A DNA stretch of 64,000 nucleotides from the NCBI RefSeq assembly GCF_001194135.2, contig NC_068982.1, positions 9,792,820-9,856,819 of the forward strand, in the 5' to 3' direction. The notes beneath the pieces are model-generated. The model ran no database searches. It was not told the DNA's origin and saw nothing but the letters and a program-made list of their open reading frames with translations. Both the position numbers and the translations under genes were made by a program. This document shows, one piece after another, positions 52,271-64,000 of this stretch (its first letter is position 1; every line of letters starts with the position of its first letter). This stretch comes from Octopus bimaculoides. Lineage: Eukaryota.

Positions 52271-54690
52271 GATGTATACATAAGTGCAGACATGCATAAA
52301 TATATACATATTTTCTAATGTGTTGTGGGGGATAGAAAATATGCATATATATTTGAGGAGACTAATATATGTGTTTATATATTATTTCCTTTAATTATTC
52401 TAATTAATTAACATGTTTAAAATGTTCTAGCCTGGAAAATCAATTTTAAGATGCCTCATATGTAACGCAGGTTATGTTTATGGCTAATTTTCACATAAGA
52501 AAGCATGGTTCAGTAAATACAAAAGAAAACTTGAGTAAAAATTCTATGAACATTAGTAAATGTCTATATACATATACCTTCTAGTCTATAATCTCTAATA
52601 ACATGTGTTTTCTCTGTCACATCCTTCCCCTCATAATAGTTATTATTACTTGTTACTAATATGGCCATGTCAGAAATAACTAACTTTTGAATTAGATTTC
52701 TACATATTTGTGACATTAATATTTTGTAATTCTTTCAAGACTATCTCTTAACTGCAGTGAGGTCTTGTAGAGTGAAAGAACATTTTTTTAAATTCTGATA
52801 TAATATAAAGACATTACATGAAAGATGTAGTAGTTGTCTCATTCAACTCGAATAACAGTTTTCAATACAATAGAATTTCAAATATACAAAATAATTCTTT
52901 TTCCCATTTGTAACATTGTCAATGAAAAGAAAAGCAAATAGTTATTTTGTAGAAAAACAATTTGATAAGCAGTTAAGTGCTATAAATTCCATAAAGCATT
53001 CTAAACCCTTTCATTAATGTCTAGTTGAATAAATCTCTGACATTTTTTCTTTATGTAATCAGTAGAAATTGTTGGACAATCAATCATGTTATTCTGAAAT
53101 AAATCTAATTTTATTATATTCGTTAATATACTATATATGTGTAATAGTAAACCTCAGGTGATAATGATGTGTCATCACATGCTATTTGTAAAAAATCGTT
53201 AATAATTTTGAAATGTTGATTTATTTCTATTAACCTGTTTTGGTTTACAATAAATTCTGATTTTGTAAATACACAATCTTTTATATCATAAAATATAATA
53301 TATCTCACTACAGCTTCAAATAACACAATAAAAATTAATGACCTATTTGCATCAGTTTGACATTCTTTCATTTTGCTTTCTTTTATTTACTATCTACAAT
53401 TTCTTTATATTACAAATAGAATTGCTTGTGTTTTAATATGCTGACATGAAATTTTAAACTTATAGTAATTGAGGTTACAGATAATCAAATATGTCTCTCT
53501 CTCATGCACACACACACACATATTCACAATTATACACTACATACTTGAAGATCCATATATATATATATAGATACACTACATACATGTATATCCACGCACA
53601 CACACAGTTATATATGCTTACATATATACACATAAGTTTTCATTTCTAAATGTAAATTTTAGTACTAATATTGAGATAATGATATTGATATTATGCATAG
53701 AGAATAAAACCAAAGCATAACAAATTTCTATAAATTCCTTAGATTTATGGAGTGCCTTTGACAACAAGCATTTTATTGTAACATTTAATTTATACCTACA
53801 TACAAACTACATTTACACATCTGTTAATACTTCCAGGACAATTTTTGCAATGTAAGCTTCTTAAATACAAGATTGGTTTCAAAAACAAAAAAAGATTTAA
53901 ACATTCTCTGGTAATGTGTCAGCAGTAAAATTTCTATCTGGTTCAACAAAATTTCTAGTCTTATCAAGTGGTGTCAAGGAAAACATTTTGAAATTCAAAT
54001 ACCACAATTCTCTATTGTTAACATTGTACTACAATATAAAATTCCTATTTTCTGTTTTATAGTTATATACAATCAGGTCTGAGCATTATAGACATATAGA
54101 ATCTTTCAAATAAAATTAATGATTATATTTACAATAATGATAACCAGCAACAAAGGAATGATATAGTGAAGTAATATAAGAATAGGTGCAAATTAAAACA
54201 AATTAATTAGATTTAAAATGGATTAGAAATGAGAAATGAATGATGTTAATGCCTTTTTTTTAATGAAGATTTGTGACATAAAAGCAATAGAATTACAACT
54301 GGAAATTATTACAATTATTTCTAAGTCATGGATTTGGCCTTCTATGATTTATATTCTACAGTAAAGAAAATCTGAAATAAATGTCCTGTAACCCCAGTGC
54401 CTTTGTATTCATGTAGCATGTCAATGGCAAGTCTGGCTGGTGGAATTTTCAGGCAACTGACAATATCTATGACTGGAAACTTAGCTGCCAAGAGAGGAGG
54501 AACTGAATTCATATCACAAAGCTGTCAGAATATATTAATTACTTATTTGCACCTGCCGTTTGTATGCATTAAATGTGATACTTAATATGCAAAATAATCA
54601 CAAGAAAATTAAACAGTCATAAGGTTTTAGTGACAACATTATCTTAAGCTCTTTGGTATGGACAATGAAATTTTTTCAAACGTCTTCCAG

Positions 54691-54911
54691 CCCTTTAGCA
54701 TTTAAACTGGCCAAATCAAGCTCAAATATTCTACCTGATTTTATGTTCAAACCAGCTGTATCTGACCTCTCACACCTACACTACAATGCCATTCTACAAA
54801 TAAAGAGTCACATCATCAAAATCTCAAAGCAACAAAATAATGCCTGATTAATCCAAAACAATGTGAATAAATAAGCATTACATTTGACAAAATAATCTGA
54901 ATGCTAAAGGG
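54691..54911. mobile_element. piggyBac-type MITE, second family
   Basis: TIRs CCCTTTAGCATT/AATGCTAAAGGG; degenerate TTAA flanks; interior homologous to 38330-38550. Confidence 0.75.
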
Positions 54912-55193
54912 TTAGGCCAATTTCACAAGGAAAGGATAAGGTAAGATAATGGGAGTGATTGTTTTAATGTAACCTTTTTGTTCATATTGATCAAAGTGAG
55001 ACACTACTGTTGCAGCCACATTTAATGCAATAAAAGTAAACACTACAGTCACAGTTCAGTTCTACGAAGACTATTATGTAGAATAGTTATTTAACTTGCC
55101 CTTTAGCATTATGAAGTGTCATTAAGTTTGACTTGGGTAGAAATTATATGTCTGTTCATAAGCACATAAGTTTCACGCAACTTTCACCTATAT

Positions 55194-55341
55194 TATTTAC
55201 ATCTGACAGATATTTTGTCCTCATCTTGTTTGTTGTTAACACAATGTTTTGGCTGATATACCCTTCAGCCTTCATCAGGTGTCTTGGAGGAAATTTCAAA
55301 CCTGGGACCTCATTCCTAAGGTTGTTTTCAATGTTATTATA

Positions 55342-55385
<44 letters not shown>

Positions 55386-55615
55386 GTTCATGGGCATATG
55401 GCATGGTGGTTAAGCAGTGACCTCAATAATAATAATAATAATAACATCGAAAAATACCTTAGGAATGAGAACCCAGGTTTGAAATTTCCCCAAGACACCT
55501 GATGAAGGCTGGAGGGTATATCAGCCGAAATGTGTTAAAAACAAACAAGATGACGACAAATATCTGTCAAATGTAAATAATGTACATACTTCCTCACCTC
55601 TTAAATATAGAACTG
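55194..55615. mobile_element. F1 element, both HHR arms present, tRNA heads partly deleted
   Basis: Inverted arms; perfect 15-bp TSD AACTTTCACCTATAT (55179-55193, 55616-55630). Confidence 0.88.
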
Positions 55616-58600
55616 AACTTTCACCTATATATGCTCATATTTCATTATTTTTTATCATTGATCAAATACTGAAAATAAACATTTCTCTAGTTTATTCTTG
55701 ATAATTTTTCATTGATAACTCTACTCCAATACAACTACTCTTCTTGCCTTCGATAATTCTAGCCTGTCCATATATAACAACTATTTGGTCTTCTACCACA
55801 GTTTGAAATGCCAGACTTGACAAAACTTTGAAGTTACTGTCATCTTTTAAAGCCAAGAAACATTCAATTCAACCTCATGTATTACACATTTTATGTTTAC
55901 AAATTTAAGTGCATAGGAATGTAATTTTCATATGCACGTATGTAGACATGAATTTAATTCTAAAAACTTTTTGTCAATTATGAGAATTATTAAAACTTTG
56001 TTCACGGGTCAAAAATGTATATTGAAATATTATGTAAGTATTTGTAATAGTGGTTAAGGAAATAACTAGTAGTAGTAGTAGTAGTGGTGGTGGTAGCAAC
56101 AGCAGTAGCAGCAGTGTTAGTAATTGTCCTAGTTGTGTGACGATAGTTGCAATTGCAGAACAATTGGTAAAAAAACAAAAAGAGAATGAAAATAAAACAT
56201 AGGATGATGGTTTTCTGAAGAATAACAAAGAAGTGATGGATTTGACAGAAGAACGTACATTAAAACATGTAGGTTGTATAATTAACAACATCAGTATCAA
56301 TAAAGAAGTTGAATTAATTATTATAGTAGATAGCAAGAATTATTACTGTTAATTTTTTAGGGTGTTTTTTTTTTTTGTTTCAAGGTGGTGGGGCTTGAAT
56401 TTTGAAATTTTAATCAAGTCTACATCTATTCTACTAAACTGTCAACTGGAATGTGTAAGTTTTCACCTGTCATCATAAGGAATAGAAGATCATGACAAAA
56501 TCATTTACATATCAATGTATAAATAAGTAAGAAAATAATTGAGCTGTTTTATAAACTTCTTTAGAGATTTTCAGCAGAAACTTAATGTCACATCCTGATG
56601 ATGAGCCTTTTTTTGGTTATTTTTTAATGTTTTTAACAGATTTTTTTTTTAAATGTTTATATATATAGATTTTTCATTTTATATTCAAAGCAGATATTAT
56701 AACACTTAGGTATAACGTTTAGACAATCTCTCTACAAGACAACATGCTATTATTAACTAGGCAACAAGCTTGTAATTATATTATCAAGCCGATATTTGTA
56801 CAAAATTAAGTATTACTTTAGGCTTACAGAGAAAGATTTCTAAATTTTCTGTTAAAATCTTAAAAACACGATTTTAAAGATATCAATAAAAATCTAAAAT
56901 GTTAGCAATTAGTATCTAAGAAAAAAAGTCTTTAAACTTTATATAGCAATTTTCTTACAATTCAATAAGTTATGTTTATAGAGTAGACTATCAAAAGTAC
57001 TTCTGGCTAAATGAAACATTTTTTAACGCATAACACATCAACACGTTTATATAATGAAAATTGTAATATTTAGTAATTTTGAGAAATAACTCATTCAAAC
57101 ATTATGGAACAACATATAAATAATAAGCTCCCTAGTGATACACTGTAAAAGCAAGAATTCCAATATACACACAAAAACATATTTTGCATTAGCAATGATC
57201 AAGTTTTAAGCCTTAACAAAGGTAAAAACCACTCAAGCACTGATGTGATTATGATTTGTATCTAAACAACAAATCCTCCTATCATTATTTTAATTATATA
57301 TTTTAAACATCAGTAACAGAAAATTAATTATAAAACTCCCATATATTGCTTTTAATATTCCTTGAAAAGATTTGATTTGTAAATATGCATAAGCATACAT
57401 TTTATTTCATACATATAACTTTCCTTATAAGATTATATATGTTGTATATCAACAGAGGTCTGTTTACAAACATTTTGCTTAAGCATAGATGAGGCAATAA
57501 GTTGTAATTGTTAATTTAAATGTGGCTATCGTATTTATTCATGTAATTATGTGTACATATATATTTTAGATATATTCTAAAATAATTTTTAGCAATGAAC
57601 TAAATAAATTACATGCAGCGTATAAATAGAAATCCAACTTTATAGTTTCTTAGAGTAAATTTATGAAATTAATTATGTACTTTTAGAAACAGAAAGGGAT
57701 CTTAATTATTTAATAAGCCGTCAAAGTCAAAATATGCCTTACAAAACACGTATTTACCTATATAACAGATTATCAATTTAGTAGTTTCCTTTTATGCTTC
57801 ATTCTTGACGTTGTTGTTGCAATTAATCTCAAGCAACTACAGTTATCTTGTCTTACCAATGTACCTCAAAGCTACTTTCTTAAAATTCTTGAGAACAAAC
57901 TTCCATAATTACATAATAAACAAGGAAAATATATACTATAAAATAGCAAACAAAACCTATATCACAAACAAACTTAATTTCAAACACATATATGTATCTT
58001 ATTATCATAATGAAAATATTTTCTATGCAAGTTGATTATCAAAATCAATAAAAACTGATTTTTAAGTACTAAGTAGATATGAAATATCACATTATTGATT
58101 TCCATTTTAGAGTTAATTCTCATTACATGAAGCAAATTTTATCAAGAGTAACAAAAATACAATTTTCTGATTCATAAAAATATAGAACCAAAAAATTAAC
58201 TAAAATTGTTCATCGTTTTATACTGCTTCGGCACTGCACCAATACTCTAGAAATGGTGCAAATATTTATTTTGCATTATATATTCAAGAAATTAGAAAAA
58301 TTTGAATTACCTACTTCATCACTGCTAATTTATGTAGTGAGAATATGTCTACATTAGAATACCAGCATAACTCTGAGGTCACACTCAACCGTTTTTTTGT
58401 AAAAATAAATTTTGATAATAGGCAAACTGAGTGGAGTTTTTTTAGTTGATGTTTGAATGCCAATGTATGATTACACAAAAAGTCATAACATTAACACAAA
58501 CACACACATGTATGTATATGTATTTATTTGTACACACATATTTGTGTAGATATTTACTCATTTATATATTACACAAATATATATATATATATGTAAGTAT

Positions 58601-58635
58601 GCAGAATGTCTGTATGCATATTTATATAGCATTTG

Positions 58636-58680
<45 letters not shown>

Positions 58681-58690
58681 NNNNNNNNNN

Positions 58691-58729
<39 letters not shown>

Positions 58730-59068
58730 AAGATTGGGTATGTATACATACATATATACACACATACCTATAGAAACACAATGAGATCTTGCAGCATTTT
58801 CATTGTATTTCCGGATACAAACTAAAATTTCCCCTCAGATACATAATCCAAAACCATACATTGGTTGGAGCCTATGTTTCATACTCTCCTTTTGATTTCG
58901 AGCCTTATAAATCATTAAAGTAGCTCCCATTCAATAAAGAATATCACAAGATCAGTGCTCAATCCAGCACTGGACCTTCAAAACTATAAATCAATTTTTA
59001 TGCACATAAAACCAAATACGCAAGTATACACATACACATGCGTACATCCACACGTGTGCATACATACA

Positions 59069-59110
<42 letters not shown>

Positions 59111-60199
59111 CACATATACATTAATCTGTGACAGCATTTTATCAAACATTTGCATTCAAAAGCAAGCTCTGCAGTTTCAGGATATTTATATATATACGTG
59201 CATATACATACATATATACAATCAATAACATTTTTACATCTAACACATCGATATACATGGACAATGGCTAAATTAAGAATACTTATACTATTACCATTTT
59301 TAATTTCAAATCTAAATAATAGGAAAGGAAACTGATATTTCAAACACATTATTTTAGTGGCTTGAAATAATACCACAACCTTTTGGTATAGTAAGTTTAT
59401 TATATTGTCTAGTATATCAAAATAATAACTTTCTTACGAAATTCAGACAAGTTCATATATTTCTAAGTGTAAAAATATTCATAAACATTCTTAAGAAATA
59501 TAATCCACATTGATCTTATAAGGACGGGGAAAATTTCAATGCTGTATGACATCAATCTGAGAATTGACTGATAGTAATATCATGATGCAAATCATAGGAA
59601 AAACAACGATCACAAAATTATGTAAGAATTAGAATATAATAACAAGGGTAAGTTAAATATGTTGAACATAAAATATAGAGTGAATGTTAAGATATAAAAG
59701 ATAGATAAAGCTGGTATGCTACTTCTATTAGTGTTAGATCTGTGAGTAAACAAGATTAACAATATAAGTTCTGTTGGCTATTAATACAAGTGTGTGTTGT
59801 ATGTATATATATACAATATATATATATATATATATATATTGATAAACAGGAAATAAACTATTAATATTCTAACAATGGAATATAACAGAGAATGAGAGAA
59901 TTACAAAGGCAACAACAAACGGATATTACATTCTTATAACATAGTTTAAGTAACGAAAGTTTACTACGATATGACATTGTCTATGTCACTTTAAGTTTCC
60001 TTTTTTGTAACGATCAGGTTGCATCACGTATAGTATTTTGACAATGAGCATCTTCATGAAGGAAGCAATTATACAAGATATTTCACAGACATGAATGACA
60101 GAAGCTAGCAGTTGAGAGTAAACATCATCAGCAGTGATCAACTTGAGAAAATACATTCAATCATGAACATTAAGTGATGTTTAAACATTTTATAAATCA

Positions 60200-60210
60200 T
60201 CTATTTATCT

Positions 60211-60257
<47 letters not shown>

Positions 60258-60503
60258 TCTGTCATAGCATAGTTTCCACACAACACATATACACAATCAT
60301 GTATGTACATAAATATATATGGCTACATATATATTATAAATACATGTATACATAAATACATATATATACACATATATATACATATATACATATATATATA
60401 CATATATAGATAGATATATACATACATATATATATATACATATATAGATAGATATATACATACATATATATATATACATATATATAGATAGATATATACA
60501 TAC

Positions 60504-60534
<31 letters not shown>

Positions 60535-60567
60535 CACATATACATACACAGATATATACATACATCT

Positions 60568-60613
<46 letters not shown>

Positions 60614-60930
60614 TACACACATATATACANNNNNNNNNNNNNNNNNNNNNNNNNNNNNNNNNNNNNNNNNNNNNNNNNNNNNNNNNNNNNNNNNNNNNNN
60701 NNNNNNNNNNNNNNNNNNNNNNNNNNNNNNNNNNNNNNNNNNNNNNNNNNNNNNNNNNNNNNNNNNNNNNNNNNNNNNNNNNNNNNNNNNNNNNNNNNNN
60801 NNNNNNNNNNNNNATATACGCGCACACGCGCACTCACACACGCACACACACACACACACATTAAAATTAACCATTATGGTGTTTTTATTATGCCGGCCAC
60901 TGATAAATGATTAAATAATGATCTTATCTC

Positions 60931-60967
<37 letters not shown>

Positions 60968-60980
60968 TATATAAACACAC

Positions 60981-61013
<33 letters not shown>

Positions 61014-61205
61014 TACACATATAGATATATATACATACATATAGATATACATATATATATACATATATATATATACATATATATACATATATATATATAT
61101 ATATACATATATAAATATGCATACATATATATACATATATATATACGTATGCATATATGTGTAAATATATACATACATATATATATATATACATACACAC
61201 ACATG
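60200..61205. repeat. Compound (CT)n/(TA)n/(TACA)n field with higher-order ~38-bp units, spanning a gap
   Basis: Direct reading; a TATAGATAGATATATACATACATATATATATATACATA-like unit recurs three times at about 60400-60520. Confidence 0.9.
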
Positions 61206-62866
61206 CAAACTCATAAAATTAAGAAATTTTATCAACCATTAAATATCAACGCAATAATTTGACAATTTCCTAATAATGATTTTAATCTTAGCAAACAAAA
61301 TATACTTTGAAAAATCATAACAGTTTCAAGTTATCACAGAAATGATTAATCAAGTCATAATTGTTTTCATAGCTATTTCAGTGCATAATTTATTAATTGT
61401 AGCAAGAATAAATAAATATCTGAATTTAACATGAACCTTATCTTTTTTGTTCTATTGTTTTTGTTTTTTTTTCATAATCATGATATGAATTAAGGTGAAA
61501 AAGATATTCTATTATAAAATGGTAGAATATTTATAAATTCTACTATGTTTGAAACTATAAAGATGGGGAAACACCAAAACAGTTGTAGATATTGTGACGT
61601 AAAATTTTATAAAATTTTACAATCCCAAACTGATTTATTAAAATAAAAAAAAAATTATGTAAGATTGTATTTTAAATCAATTTAATCTGAACTTATGAAT
61701 CCCGAAGTTAAGTTATGTTTCCCAAAATTTGAATTTAATTGTTTGTTCAATTAAAATTATTTCTAAACAGCATACTATGTCTCATAATAATTTAAGATAT
61801 TAATAATGAGTAAAATGCTAAAAGCTATGTACTAAATGAAAGTACGAGGCAACGGAGAAAGAATTAAATGTCAGGTGTCCAACATAATAATTTAAGAATT
61901 TTAATCCTGCTGAAATAAAATAGAATTAATGCTAAAGGAGAAAAAGAGAATACAAAAAGCGAACTGGTCATAATTTTTATCTCTCACAAAATTTGTCATG
62001 GATTTTTATAAAAATATTATAGAGCAGGTTTCATATTTGATCCAAATTTTCTGGATTTAAAAAATAATAATAATAATTGTTACCAATTATTGTTTAAGAC
62101 AATAATTAAATATTTCTGCTTGGCCAATTAATAATAATCTTTTTGATTTTGACCATCTCATATGAATTATAATTAATGACATGGATAATTCTCTTGCTAT
62201 TATCACAACAAACTATATGGATTTTGTAATCTTAAAAAAAAAAAAGATGTAAAGTCTTTAGGATATATTTTTTTCCATTTTTTGGCATGCAGTCTATGTA
62301 GCTTATCTACAGATTAACTCATGCTTACTTCTAAATCCTAACATTTATTAACATTTACTTCATACTGTTAAAAAACATACACAAACAAATTATGTGGCAT
62401 TAAAAAGTAATACAATTCCAAAAAAATTATTAGTAAAATTTTACAGTAGCATAAGACTAAGCAAAAAGATAAATATACTCATAATCTTAGCTTTAATAAA
62501 ATCAAGTGATGGAAATATTTAAAAACAAAATGTGCTATATGCATGAATACACTCATGGGAACAGAGTTTGTTGATTATACAGTGACAACAAATATGTAAG
62601 AAATATTCCAAGAAATTAGACACATATATACATATATAAATTCCAAGTGACAGTGGATTGTGACTTTCTAAAATGATTCTATATGAAAAGGAAGGGATTT
62701 AAACACAAAAACTGGAGAAGTATTATTTTAACATACATCTTCACATAGATGTCTGTATGGAAAATTGACTTATGTATATATATATGCATGTATATAGTCA
62801 CACACATACAAACATGTGTATATATATATATACATACATATATACAGTCACACACACACATATATA

Positions 62867-62917
<51 letters not shown>

Positions 62918-63024
62918 GAGGGAAAGAGAGAGAAGCGAGTAGGGGAGAGAAAGATATATACGCATATATACACATGTATAGGCAGACTCACATTATGATA
63001 TGTATAATACTCCCAAACATGTAT

Positions 63025-63070
<46 letters not shown>

Positions 63071-63954
63071 TACCTTTATATACACATATATGCCTGAATG
63101 TATAACATATGCGTTCATATATTCATCTCATATAAATGGAAATACACTTGAATTCTTGGGGAATGTGACAGTGATGAAAATAAATAAAGAATGAAAGTGT
63201 TGAAATATACACATCCACACACAAATATGTTTAAATATATTTATCTGTGTGTAAGCGTGTGTGTGTGTGTGAGTGTGTGTGTATGCATGCACATAAATAC
63301 ATATGTTTAACTATGGCTCCATGTTTTTTCTAATCTATAAATTTATCTAATATAATTCAAATATGTTAAATGGAGAAGAGGATATAATCAAAAAAATATA
63401 AGTACGTGCTGGAGGGAATATCAAATATTTAAACTTAAAAGCAAATTTCTGAACTTTATATTTTTCTAAACTTTTAAGCAGTTTTATAATTGGACTGGTG
63501 TTTTATGGTGCAAGCACTAACCAATGCGTTTACAAGCAACAATAACAAAGAAGCCATATACTTTCAACGGATTATAATTCTCAATTCTTTGAGAAAACCC
63601 AACAAAGAAATTTTCAATGGTTTAGTAATCATTGACGTTAAACATACATCTGTGATATAGCATTCCCAGTAAATGGATAAATATGGCCATATCTAAGCTT
63701 AAATGTGAAAATATTAATATGGGTTTTTATATATCTGAGCTTGACTGCTTGCGTCATGTGAAAAATTGCACACCACATAGCCAATTGTCTTTTTTTAAGA
63801 TATGTATATATTTGCATACATATTCAACAGCATTTTGTGAGATCATTTCACTTGGGTTTAACATATTTCAGAATACATACAAAGACAGTACATAATTTTT
63901 GACATGAATTGACAATTAGAGACACTCATTCACATATGCACAAATGACTACTAT

Positions 63955-64000
<46 letters not shown>

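Noticed and set aside
54390-54530. GC-richer segment open on both strands (e.g. minus LCDMNSVPPLLAAKFPVIDIVSCLK...)
   Set aside because: No recognisable motif and ambiguous splice sites; more likely an old repeat fragment.

Overview
Very AT-rich animal genomic DNA, dense in (TA)n/(TG)n/(GA)n/(AAT)n microsatellites, with seven N-gaps from a short-read assembly. The repeat landscape suggests an octopus or related cephalopod (inference, not proof). Almost all ORFs in the supplied track are microsatellite, gap or chance ORFs. I can support only one protein-coding exon: a minus-strand stop-containing exon (13897-14014) encoding xFPTNLSDLTSKVSELPQKMAASVGEVTEKCSLQ*. It ends in a CaaX prenylation motif and resembles the C-terminus of invertebrate complexin/synaphin. 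I found no upstream complexin exon, so 14015-64000 is probably one >50 kb intron. The rest is tRNA-derived SINEs, RTE and CR1 LINE relics, and piggyBac- and hAT-type MITEs. The most striking signal is four unrelated repeat families, three of them fold-backs, that each carry minimal hammerhead-ribozyme (HHR)-like cores of the type known from Penelope-like elements (PLEs). One is a multi-copy palindromic retroposon built from two head-to-head tRNA-like Pol III heads, each followed by an HHR, with 12-15 bp target-site duplications. Another has the U3-A8 compensatory core variant. All HHR copies in this window are mutated. Repeat boundaries were read by eye and may be off by about 10 bp; no database searches were run.
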